NCBI GenBank assembly: GCA_042568495.1
Contig: JBHPIW010000011.1
Location: forward strand, 8,586-72,585
Origin: Fidelibacterota bacterium
GTDB taxonomy: Bacteria > Fidelibacterota > Marinisomatia > SCGC-AAA003-L08 > TS1B11
Length of the DNA stretch: 64,000 nucleotides
Direction: 5' to 3'
Shown in pieces: positions 29,383-38,263 of this stretch. How positions within the stretch are numbered: the stretch's first letter is position 1; every line of letters starts with the position of its first letter. Made by a program: the position numbers and the translations under genes. The notes below the pieces were generated by a model, which saw only the letters and a program-made list of their open reading frames with translations, had not been told where the DNA came from and did not search any database.

Positions 29383-31203
29383 TTGCATGTGCGACATATT
29401 ATACCGCTTGTTGTACTGATTTTTGCCTGCGCCCCAGGTCCCCCCAGGGAGCAGATACCTCCCCTCTCGCGGGAACCGATCTCACCCCAGACGCTCTATA
29501 CCCATGCCTCGTTCCTCGCCAGCGACAGTCTGTACGGCCGTGCTGCCGGCTCGGTCCACGAGCTGCAGGCCGCGGAATATATCCGCCGTGAGTTCACCAA
29601 CTACGGATTGGATGCCGCCGTTCCGGGCTATTTCCAGCCGTTTAATTTTGTGGAACGCGTGGACCTGGGACCCGGAAATATTCTTTCCTGGATGAGCGGG
29701 TCCTCGACAGACCGGGAGAAACTGCTCCCGGATAAAGATTTTCGTCCACTGGGATATTCCTCCTCCGGGTCCTCAACGGGTGCCCTGGTTTTCGCCGGGT
29801 ATGGCATTTCATCCACCGATCCCGGCTATGATGATTATGCTGGATTGGATGTGAATGGCAAGGTAGTGATGATCCTGCGCTATTCCCTGGACGGGACCGA
29901 TTTGAATGGGCCTTATGCTGCCCATACTCCCCTGAGGAAAAAGGTACTGCATGCCCGTGAGCAGGGTGCCGTAGCCGTAATTATCGTTACCGGTCCTGCT
30001 GAAGCAACCGAGGATCAGCTCATGAAGCTCCGCTATGACCGTGTAGGTGGCAATGCGGGATTGCCAGTGGTGCACGTTACTCGCGAGGCTGCCGATCGTC
30101 TCCTGGCCGCTGATCACCTCCTCATCGCTGAACTGCAGCGGGAAATCAATGCCACCCGTATGCCCCTAAGCCATGGACTGAAGGGAGTGACCGTTTCCGT
30201 CACCACCAACCTGATTCCTCATGAGGTGGAAGCGCACAATGTGCTGGCTACCCTGCCAGGTACGGGAATCCTGAAGAACCAGTGGGTAATTGTGGGCGCC
30301 CATTATGATCATATTGGAATGGGCGGCCCCGGTTCCGGTTCCATGGTCCCCGATACCATCGCCGTGCACAACGGTGCCGATGACAATGCTTCCGGCACCG
30401 CAGCTCTGTTGGAGCTTGCCCGCTACCTGGCAGCCAATTCCCCGGGCGTCGCTAGCCGTCGTTCCATCATGTTCCAGGCTTACAGCGGGGAAGAACGGGG
30501 TGCCCTGGGATCGTCCCATGTGGTGGAGCATTCACCGGTTCCACTCGACAGTGTGGTGGCCATGATTAACCTGGATATGGTAGGGAACCTGCAGGAGAAT
30601 AAACTGGTCATCGGAGGTGCCGGAACCTCATCCATCTGGAAAGAGCTCCTGGCCTCTTTAAACGGTGACTCACTGCATCTGATTTCCAGCGATGAAGGCC
30701 TGGGAGGTAGTGATCACACCTCCTTTTATGTGAAGAACATCCCGGTACTCTTCTTTTTCACGGGTGAGCATAGTCGCTACCACAGACCTACAGACGATGT
30801 GGAGTTTCTGAATCTCCCGGCTATGGCACAGGTAGGGCAGCTGGCCGCTCGTACCGTTGCCGATGTTGCCACCCGGCCCATGCCGCCCGACTTCGTGCGG
30901 GTTACCAGTGGCCGCCCAACCAGCCGGGGAGAAATCTCCGTCGGTCTGGGAGTCGTGCCCAATTTCACCTGGGAGGGGGAGGGGATGGCCATCTCCGGCA
31001 CCCGCGGTGGCGGCCCTGCAGATAAGGCCGGTTTTCAGGCCGGGGATGTCATTATCCGCATCGCAGATACGGATGTGAAAAACATCTACGATTACATGTA
31101 TGCTTTGCAGGAACTGAAAGCTGGGGTATCAATCACAGTTCTTGTACAGCGAGGGGAAGAGGAACTGGAACTCCAGGTAGTACCGGAGCTTCGAAACCGG
31201 TAG
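29383..31203 (+). CDS. M28-family zinc aminopeptidase with PA domain and C-terminal PDZ domain, secreted
   Basis: WVIVGAHYDHIGMG...HNGADDNASGTAALLELARYL (M28 metal ligands), then the PDZ-like ...GGGPADKAGFQAGDVIIRIADTDV... Confidence 0.75.
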   Translation: MHVRHIIPLVVLIFACAPGPPREQIPPLSREPISPQTLYTHASFLASDSLYGRAAGSVHELQAAEYIRREFTNYGLDAAVPGYFQPFNFVERVDLGPGNILSWMSGSSTDREKLLPDKDFRPLGYSSSGSSTGALVFAGYGISSTDPGYDDYAGLDVNGKVVMILRYSLDGTDLNGPYAAHTPLRKKVLHAREQGAVAVIIVTGPAEATEDQLMKLRYDRVGGNAGLPVVHVTREAADRLLAADHLLIAELQREINATRMPLSHGLKGVTVSVTTNLIPHEVEAHNVLATLPGTGILKNQWVIVGAHYDHIGMGGPGSGSMVPDTIAVHNGADDNASGTAALLELARYLAANSPGVASRRSIMFQAYSGEERGALGSSHVVEHSPVPLDSVVAMINLDMVGNLQENKLVIGGAGTSSIWKELLASLNGDSLHLISSDEGLGGSDHTSFYVKNIPVLFFFTGEHSRYHRPTDDVEFLNLPAMAQVGQLAARTVADVATRPMPPDFVRVTSGRPTSRGEISVGLGVVPNFTWEGEGMAISGTRGGGPADKAGFQAGDVIIRIADTDVKNIYDYMYALQELKAGVSITVLVQRGEEELELQVVPELRNR

Positions 31204-31253
31204 CGCTTGCTGGAAAAAATAGACAGTAACTCTAGGATTGTCGAAGTGTGATC

Positions 31254-31535
31254 CTATAGAAACTCTGTTTTCATCTCCAGTAGAATCCAATCTTGATTCT
31301 GCTCCAGGCGCTGGGCAATCTCCGACAACCGCTTTTCTACCACTGTTTTTTCTGCTGCCACCGTCACAAAGGCCAGCTCTGCCCGGTTCCACACCTCCTG
31401 CCGACCTACCTCCGCCACGGATACATTCATCCTGCTCACCACCCGATCCTTGAGCGATTTGATCACCCGCCGCTTGTCCTTCAGCGAATAGGCGTCGGGA
31501 ATGGAAAGCGCAGCCTGGAGCAGACCGATGTGCAT
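31254..31535 (-). CDS. DUF503-family small protein
   Basis: MHIGLLQAALSIPDAYSLKDKRRVIKSLKDRVVSRMNVSVAEVGRQEVWNRAEL... matches the conserved DUF503 pattern (..SLKEKRRVLKSLKDR..NVSVAEVG.QD.W..A.L). Confidence 0.5.
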   Translation of the reverse strand: MHIGLLQAALSIPDAYSLKDKRRVIKSLKDRVVSRMNVSVAEVGRQEVWNRAELAFVTVAAEKTVVEKRLSEIAQRLEQNQDWILLEMKTEFL

Positions 31536-31549
31536 CAGGCGGTTAGAAT

Positions 31550-32452
31550 CTAATTCTGTCCCCCCAGAATAATCGGCAGACCGCTCTCACCTGAGCCGAT
31601 CACCACCACCTTGGCGTTCGGGCTACTGGCCAGTTTTTCGGTGGCCTCGATGCCCTTCCACTGCAGTAGCTGGTCGCTAATGCCCTCCGCCACGATCTTC
31701 TGGAAGTCGGCGATGCCCTGGGCTTCGATGCGCTTGCGGTCGGCTTCCTGGCTCTCGCGCGTTAGTATGAACTCCATGCGCTGGCTCTCCTGCTCTGCCT
31801 TGAGCTTCTCTTCGATGGCGGCGCTTAGGTCCGCGGGCAGTACTACCTGCCGCAGGGGTGTCGATTCCACCAGGATACCCCTGGGAGAAGTGGCAGAGTT
31901 GAGCTGCGCCTGGATGTTCTGGGCAACTTCCTCGCGCATGTCAGTGTACAGAGCCTTGGCTTCATACTGTGCCGTGATGCCTCGAATTGTCGAGCGGAAG
32001 TTGGGCAGCAGGATCTTACGCACGTAGTCAGCTTCCCGGCCCAGGGTTTTGTACACCTCCGGGGCCATGGTGCCGTCCAGGTGATAAATAATGCTGGCCT
32101 CCAGTCCCACTGATAAGCCTTCCTTGGAGGGGACCCGCATCTCCTCGCGGATTTCCTGGGTTTTGATGGTCATCTTGATGACGTTCGCCAGGGGATTTAC
32201 CACGTTGATGCCCGAGGTCCGGGCACGGGGATTCACCGTCCCGAAGAAATCCACTACCCCCACTGTTCCAGCAGGGATCACGGTGAGGGTCTGGAACACG
32301 GCTAGCAGGATGGCGATGACGCCGATAATCTGCACTCCCCGCACGCTTAGACCCAGTGAAGCCAGTCGCTGGGCCAGGTTATGCTGGCGGCGAACCTGTG
32401 TGGCGACACCAAAGGCTATCAGGGCAATAATTAAGAATAGAACGAATCGCAT
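31550..32452 (-). CDS. SPFH/band-7 (prohibitin/HflC-like) membrane protein
   Basis: N-terminal TM, an SPFH core, and a coiled-coil C-terminal region (...QESQRMEFILTRESQEADRKRIEAQGIADFQKIVAEG...). Confidence 0.8.
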   Translation of the reverse strand: MRFVLFLIIALIAFGVATQVRRQHNLAQRLASLGLSVRGVQIIGVIAILLAVFQTLTVIPAGTVGVVDFFGTVNPRARTSGINVVNPLANVIKMTIKTQEIREEMRVPSKEGLSVGLEASIIYHLDGTMAPEVYKTLGREADYVRKILLPNFRSTIRGITAQYEAKALYTDMREEVAQNIQAQLNSATSPRGILVESTPLRQVVLPADLSAAIEEKLKAEQESQRMEFILTRESQEADRKRIEAQGIADFQKIVAEGISDQLLQWKGIEATEKLASSPNAKVVVIGSGESGLPIILGGQN

Positions 32453-32705
32453 GATTAGGCGCTCCTCTCGTCGTTGTTCGCGTTGAAATCAAGTTGAAAT
32501 AGTCTTTGAAGCTAGGGCTAATCGTCGGTCCTTTCCGATGTTTTTTCTACCACGCAATAAAAACACGGTATTCAGCACCGCTGGATCAATACTTGCATTG
32601 AGCCGTTTTCAGCACTATTGTTGGCCTGCAAGGGTGATGGTGATGGCATGTGACAGTTTCACGGTTGTGTTTGCCTCATATCACCACCTGAAAAGAGCCC
32701 GTGTT

Positions 32706-33368
32706 ATGCGTCTGTCCCTTTTTACACCCGAAGATGAACTCCTCCGTCACTTCCATCTGGAAGATACAGGACGGTCCTACCGGAAACACTACAACATTGT
32801 TCCCGGGCAATCCGTTATGGTATTGGTGGAACGGGAGGGGATATACCGGCTCACCGAACTGACCTGGGGGCTGATACCTGCCGATGCCCATCATCCCGCT
32901 GTTGGGGCTGGGCTGTTTCAGGTCCGTCAGGAGTCATTGCTGGAGCTGGAGGCCATGCGCCAGCGCCTTGAAAAGCGGCGCTGTGCCGTGCTATGCAATG
33001 GCTTCTTTCTGTGGCAAAAATCCATTCAGGGCTCCCAACCATGGTATGTCTACCTCCGTGACAGTGTCCCCTTCGCGCTCGCTGCCCTGTGGGAAATGTG
33101 GGGTCCCAGGGGCGAAGAGCCCGTCTATAGCTGCACTATTGTGACCAGTGAACCAAACGAACTTGTAGCTCCGGTCCACCACCGGATGCCCGTCATTCTT
33201 GCTAAAGAAAATATGTCCCCATGGCTGGACCAGCAGAACACCGATCTGGAACAACTGCTGGGTCTGTGTGTACCCTATCCCAGCGCAAGTATGGAGGTGC
33301 ATAAGGTGTCACCGCTCGTGGATAATGAGGAGAATGACACCATAGAAGTGACCGATCCGATCCTGTAG
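32706..33368 (+). CDS. SRAP/YedK-family (SOS-response-associated peptidase, abasic-site sensor) homolog lacking the Cys2 nucleophile (starts MRLSLF...)
   Basis: Collinear with E. coli YedK: RYNVAPG/HYNIVPG, VFWGYAP/LTWGLIP, QPFFIY..PIFMAAI/QPWYVY..PFALAAL, HDRRPLVL/HHRMPVIL. Residue 2 is Arg rather than Cys, and the WFEW Glu is Leu (FFLW). Confidence 0.7.
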   Translation: MRLSLFTPEDELLRHFHLEDTGRSYRKHYNIVPGQSVMVLVEREGIYRLTELTWGLIPADAHHPAVGAGLFQVRQESLLELEAMRQRLEKRRCAVLCNGFFLWQKSIQGSQPWYVYLRDSVPFALAALWEMWGPRGEEPVYSCTIVTSEPNELVAPVHHRMPVILAKENMSPWLDQQNTDLEQLLGLCVPYPSASMEVHKVSPLVDNEENDTIEVTDPIL

Positions 33369-33503
33369 CCATCTGTAATAAGGGATTCCTGGCCAGGTTC
33401 CATCCAATGACTCTCGCACCGCAAGGTGGTTAACATATACCTAATGTCGATGAGCAATACGGACCTTTAGGGATGTAAGTTTGCTATCGATCCTGGATAT
33501 TAC

Positions 33504-34901
33504 TTGGAGAGATTAGGCTTGAATTCGAATCGTTTTAATGTACTCATTATCGGTGCCGGTCCTGGTGGCATGGCGGCTGCCACCCGAGGGGCTCTCACGG
33601 GCTTGAAGATCGGCCTTGTGAATGGTCAGCGGATCTGGGGCTATGGCATTCATGGTGCCTACAAGTCCAAGGGTATGTACGAGTTGGCCAAGGACCACCT
33701 GGTGGCCACCAAGCCCGGCCGGGGTTATCTTCCCGCACCACCCAGGATCGATTTCAGCGAAGTGCAGAACCAGTTAATGCAGGGCAGTACCGAGCTGGAG
33801 GACATATACCACGAACAGATTCGTGTTCTGGGCATCACCGAGATCAAGGGTTTCGGATCGTTTGTTGACCCCCACACTGTGTGCGTCAATGGTGCCAACT
33901 ACCAGGCGGATCACATCATCATCGCCACCGGAACCGCGCCAAGATGGCTGCCTGGGATCCAGCGCAAGCACGAACTGATCATGACCAGTGATGAGATTGT
34001 CTCTCTTGATCGCCTCCCCGATAGTCTGATGATCATTGGGGCTGGCATCATTGGCTGCGAGTTCGCCTCCATTTTCAACAGTTTCGGCACTAGGGTAACG
34101 CTGCTCGATTCTCACCCGAACATCCTCGCTCATGAAGATGACGACATCATCATGTTCCTGACCGAGAATTTCAGGGCGAATGACATTCGATTGTACCGTT
34201 CGACACAGCTCGAATCCATGCAGGTGAAGAAGGGCCAGGTGGTCACACGCCTTCAGGATGGAAAGGAGATCATGACCGAACGGGCCTTGGTAGCTGTGGG
34301 GCGCACGCCCTGCACTGCCACATTGAATCTGGATGACGCGGGGGTCCAGACCAGCTCCACGGGATTCCTCCCCGTCGACAATCGCTGTCAGACCAATGTG
34401 GAGCATATTTATGCGGTTGGTGATGTGGGTATGCGCGAATCGGGGCTGGATCTCAGCCTGGTGCATGTGGCTGAAGCCGAGGGAAATCAGGCCATCCATC
34501 ATATTCTATGCCAGGAGGAACCGCTTGCAATGGAGCACATTCCCTTCATCATCTTCACCATTCCCCTGATCGCGGGGGCGGGGGAGAGTGAGAAAATCGC
34601 CCGTGTAAAGTATGGTAATGTACGCGTTGCGCGCCTGAACAATGTCCGTAATCACCGCGCCCATGCCATGCGCAATTTTACCGGATTTGTGAAGCTGATC
34701 GTCGGTCCTGAAGGAGATGATCAAATCCTGGGAGTGCGTGCTTGCGGCCCCCAGGCGGACAGCCTGATCGGAGAGGTTTCTCTCGCCATTCAGCACCGTC
34801 TGCCCTACACCTGCCTTATGGATGCGATCCATGCCCACCCTTCGCTCTCGGAGAGCCTCCATAACGCGGCTCGCATGCTGGCTGGGCTCTATCCCAACTA
34901 G
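33504..34901 (+). CDS. Class-I pyridine-nucleotide-disulfide-oxidoreductase-family flavoprotein (dihydrolipoamide-dehydrogenase-like) without the redox-active CxxxxC
   Basis: FAD-binding GAGPGG, an NAD-binding GAGIIGCEF, and a dimerisation-domain HAHPSLSE (HPxxE) motif are all present. Where GGTCLNVGCIPSK would sit the sequence reads NGQRIWGYGIHGAYKSKG, with no Cys. Confidence 0.75.
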   Translation: MERLGLNSNRFNVLIIGAGPGGMAAATRGALTGLKIGLVNGQRIWGYGIHGAYKSKGMYELAKDHLVATKPGRGYLPAPPRIDFSEVQNQLMQGSTELEDIYHEQIRVLGITEIKGFGSFVDPHTVCVNGANYQADHIIIATGTAPRWLPGIQRKHELIMTSDEIVSLDRLPDSLMIIGAGIIGCEFASIFNSFGTRVTLLDSHPNILAHEDDDIIMFLTENFRANDIRLYRSTQLESMQVKKGQVVTRLQDGKEIMTERALVAVGRTPCTATLNLDDAGVQTSSTGFLPVDNRCQTNVEHIYAVGDVGMRESGLDLSLVHVAEAEGNQAIHHILCQEEPLAMEHIPFIIFTIPLIAGAGESEKIARVKYGNVRVARLNNVRNHRAHAMRNFTGFVKLIVGPEGDDQILGVRACGPQADSLIGEVSLAIQHRLPYTCLMDAIHAHPSLSESLHNAARMLAGLYPN

Positions 34902-34916
34902 CTGGTAGTCTCTGTC

Positions 34917-35480
34917 TTATTCCCTGGACTTATCTCGATATCGGTAGCGGCGGGCTAGCTCATAGCCCACCACACCGAACGCGGTGGCCACGTTCAGCGA
35001 CTGCTTGATCCCTGCCATCGGTAGTTCGAGGATCAGATCGGCCATCGCCACCAGCTCCTCGGATACACCGGTCACCTCGTTCCCAACTACGAAACACACT
35101 GGGAACCGCACAGGTGCTTCCCAGAAGTCAACCGCATCCGTTGTCTGTTCCAACACCACGATTTGCATTCCCTTCTCCTGCAGGTCCCCTGCCAGATCGA
35201 CCGCACTGCTGTGCTTCTCCCAAGGAACCGTATGCTCAGATCCCAATGCCGTTTTGGAAATTTCCCGCTGGGGAGGAAAGCCGGTATAACCGCACAGGTA
35301 AAGTTTTGCCAGGTGCAGCGCGTCGGCGGTTCGGAACATGCTGCCCACATTGTACAGGGAACGCACGTTTTCCAGGATGGTGTACATCGGCAGCCGCGGC
35401 CGGTTGTGTACCTCGTCCAGCGAAGGCCGGGCCTGCTTCAATTCCAGATCGGTCATTTTTCGGCGGATTGATTTTGCCAT
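34917..35480 (-). CDS. SpoU/TrmH-family RNA 2'-O-methyltransferase
   Basis: SPOUT C-terminal knot motifs (...VVGNEVTGVSEEL...LELPMAGIKQSLNVATAFGVVGYEL). A possible start is the Met at 35456. Confidence 0.7.
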   Translation of the reverse strand: MAKSIRRKMTDLELKQARPSLDEVHNRPRLPMYTILENVRSLYNVGSMFRTADALHLAKLYLCGYTGFPPQREISKTALGSEHTVPWEKHSSAVDLAGDLQEKGMQIVVLEQTTDAVDFWEAPVRFPVCFVVGNEVTGVSEELVAMADLILELPMAGIKQSLNVATAFGVVGYELARRYRYRDKSRE

Positions 35481-35698
35481 GCGGGCATTTGCCTGATTAT
35501 ACGTGGGAATTTACGTGCTTCGCCTGGCTCTATGCCCCCATCAGTGTAGATTGTGATTTTTGTGCTAGACGATTCAGGTCCATCCTGATTCCATCTCCTG
35601 CTGAAGTAGGCGTTTAGGCTGTCGGACGAGTAACCAAGAAAGCCTTGTAGCTCTTCTTTTCCAAGCTGCAACTTGGATGCGCATCAAGGAGTCTACCG

Positions 35699-37117
35699 AT
35701 GAGAATGTTTCCTTTCGTGATGGCCTTTTCGATTGGCCTCTCAGGTTTAACAGCCCAGGCCCCGCTTACTGTCGGAGCTGATACCCGAACCGATCTTCAT
35801 GTAACGGTGTACAACAGCGACATCGGTTTGGTGAAGGATACCCGTTCCTTTTCCCTAGCCCGCAGCGGTCGGCTTGAAGTGTTGCTGGAAGATGTAGCCT
35901 CCCGGATTCAGTCCGAGACCGTTCTCCCCCTGAGCTTGACCCCTGAAAATCCGTTGACCGTGCTGGAACAGAACTACGAATATGACCTCCTCTCACCTAA
36001 TACACTATTGGAAAAATACGTAGGGAAGACGGTCCAACTGGTGACCTATAACGTGGATAACCAGGTAGTGGAGCGCAAGAGCGGTACCCTGTTATCCACA
36101 AATCAAGGACCGGTTTTCCAGGTGGGCAAGGATATTCACGTTAACCATCCCGGGCATGTCATCTTGCCGGAAGTTCCGGATGAACTGGTGGCTCGCCCCA
36201 GCCTCCGCTGGATGGTGGAGGGTGAGAAAGGTAGTCACACCGTGCAGGTGAGCTACCTCACGAGTGGACTCAGCTGGAAGGCAGACTACGTGCTGAAGGT
36301 CAACCAGGATGCCACTCTCGGTGACCTGACCGGCTGGATCACCGTCAATAACGAAAGTGGTATCGCTTATCCCGATGCAGCGCTTAAACTGGTGGCCGGC
36401 GATGTTAACCGGGTGGAGCGGCAGCCGATGAAGCGAGGCCGGCGGCCAGTCTTGGCCATGATGGCTGAGGAGGCAGCCCTGCCAGAAGAAGAAGCCTTCA
36501 TGGAGTATCACCTGTACACCGTTCCCTGGAAGACCACCCTCAAGGATAACCAACAGAAGCAGATCAAGCTCCTCAGTCATACCGGGATTGGTGTCGAACG
36601 TCGCTATGGCACTACTATTCAGCAGTATATTATACGAGCCCCCCAATCCGGTCCATTGGAATTGCCAGTGAATGTGCAGGTGGTTTTCCAGAACACTGAG
36701 CAAAATCAGATGGGCGTTCCGCTACCGAAAGGCATAGTGCGTATTTATAGTGAAGATCAGGCCGGCACCCTCCAGTTTGCCGGTGAGGACCGCATCGACC
36801 ATACACCGAAAGATGAGGAAGTGCGGCTATCACTGGGGAAAGCCTTCGATCTGGTGGTGAAAGCCCGCCAGACCGGTTTCGAACGCAGTGGGCTTACACG
36901 CCAGAGATTGGACAGCGGGTATGAGATCAAGCTCCGCAATCGCAAGGATGAGGGCGACGTCACAATCAACGTCTATGCCCCCCTTTTCGGGGATTGGGAG
37001 ATTCGCGAAGAATCCCACGAATACGTGAAAGTCGATGCCTTCACCGTTCGCTTCCCCGTTGCTGTGCCGGCGGGACAGGAAGTTGTATTAACCTATGATG
37101 TAAGGGTAACATTCTGA
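35699..37117 (+). CDS. Secreted DUF4139-family protein (hypothetical)
   Basis: Signal peptide MRMFPFVMAFSIGLSGLTAQA. A long beta-rich region with no catalytic motifs. The stop overlaps the start of the next gene (ATGA). Confidence 0.55.
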   Translation: MRMFPFVMAFSIGLSGLTAQAPLTVGADTRTDLHVTVYNSDIGLVKDTRSFSLARSGRLEVLLEDVASRIQSETVLPLSLTPENPLTVLEQNYEYDLLSPNTLLEKYVGKTVQLVTYNVDNQVVERKSGTLLSTNQGPVFQVGKDIHVNHPGHVILPEVPDELVARPSLRWMVEGEKGSHTVQVSYLTSGLSWKADYVLKVNQDATLGDLTGWITVNNESGIAYPDAALKLVAGDVNRVERQPMKRGRRPVLAMMAEEAALPEEEAFMEYHLYTVPWKTTLKDNQQKQIKLLSHTGIGVERRYGTTIQQYIIRAPQSGPLELPVNVQVVFQNTEQNQMGVPLPKGIVRIYSEDQAGTLQFAGEDRIDHTPKDEEVRLSLGKAFDLVVKARQTGFERSGLTRQRLDSGYEIKLRNRKDEGDVTINVYAPLFGDWEIREESHEYVKVDAFTVRFPVAVPAGQEVVLTYDVRVTF

Positions 37118-38259
37118 TGCAGGTACTTGTTCTTGGTGGGGGTCTGGTGGGTAGTGCAATCGCACGAAATTTGTCGCGTGATGCGAGTTTGGCGATTACC
37201 GTAGCTGATTTCAGCCAGGAGGTCTGTGAAGCGCTCAAGGAGCAATATGGCCTACACTCGATAAAACTCGATGTGAGCGATGAGCAAGCCCTGACAAAGG
37301 CTGTAAAGAAAGTCGATCTGGTGGTGGGCGCTGTCCCGGGATCGCTGGGGTATGCCATGCTGGAAACGGTCATCCGCGCGGAAAAGGATATCGTGGATAT
37401 CTCATTCTTCCCCGAAGATCCACTTACGCTGCACCAGCTGGCTTTAGATCATGGCGTTACTGCTGTTGTTGACGCGGGCCTAGCGCCGGGATTGAGCAAT
37501 TTGGTACTCGGCCGCTATCAACGGGAGTATGATCCCCTGGATCATTTCGCCTGCTATGTGGGGGGATTGCCAAAACTCCGTAAGTGGCCTTTCGAATATC
37601 AGTCGGTCTTCTCCCCGGCCGATGTCATCGAGGAATACATACGCCCGGTGCGGATGAAAATCGGCGGACATCTGGTCACCCGGGAAGCCCTCTCGGATCG
37701 GGAGCTCATCGACCTGCCCCGAATTGGAACCTTGGAGGCCTCCAACACCGACGGCCTACGCACCCTGTTATCCACCGTCCAAGTACCAAATATGCTGGAA
37801 AAAACCCTCCGCTATCCCGGTCACTCCGAACGCATGCGACTGCTTCGGGATACCGGGTTCTTCAGCCCCGAATCCCTGGATATCAAAGGTCATCCGGTAG
37901 CGCCTCTGGATGTAACATCCCGGCTCCTCTTCCAGGCCTGGCAGCCCGAGGAAGACGGGCATGACCTGGCGGTGATGCGGGTGATCCTGTCGGGACTTCT
38001 GGATGGCAGGCACATCACTACCACCATCGATCTATTTGACGAATACGATCCGGTCACCGAAACCACCGCCATGGCCCGTACCACCGGGTATACCTGTGCG
38101 GCGGTTGTCCGGTTAGTGATGTCTGGTGGATATCACGATCCCGGTATCCGTCCCCTGGAATACCTGGGAGCGGATAAGGAAGTCTATCGGCAGCTGTTGA
38201 AGGATTTGACCGAGTGGGGGATTACCCTCAATATCATCCAATCGGTCGAAGAGGATTAG
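37117..38259 (+). CDS. Saccharopine-dehydrogenase-family NAD(P)-binding protein
   Basis: MQVLVLGGGLVGSAIARNL Rossmann start and overall Sacchrp_dh-like length and pattern. Confidence 0.7.
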   Translation: MQVLVLGGGLVGSAIARNLSRDASLAITVADFSQEVCEALKEQYGLHSIKLDVSDEQALTKAVKKVDLVVGAVPGSLGYAMLETVIRAEKDIVDISFFPEDPLTLHQLALDHGVTAVVDAGLAPGLSNLVLGRYQREYDPLDHFACYVGGLPKLRKWPFEYQSVFSPADVIEEYIRPVRMKIGGHLVTREALSDRELIDLPRIGTLEASNTDGLRTLLSTVQVPNMLEKTLRYPGHSERMRLLRDTGFFSPESLDIKGHPVAPLDVTSRLLFQAWQPEEDGHDLAVMRVILSGLLDGRHITTTIDLFDEYDPVTETTAMARTTGYTCAAVVRLVMSGGYHDPGIRPLEYLGADKEVYRQLLKDLTEWGITLNIIQSVEED

Positions 38260-38263
38260 CTCG

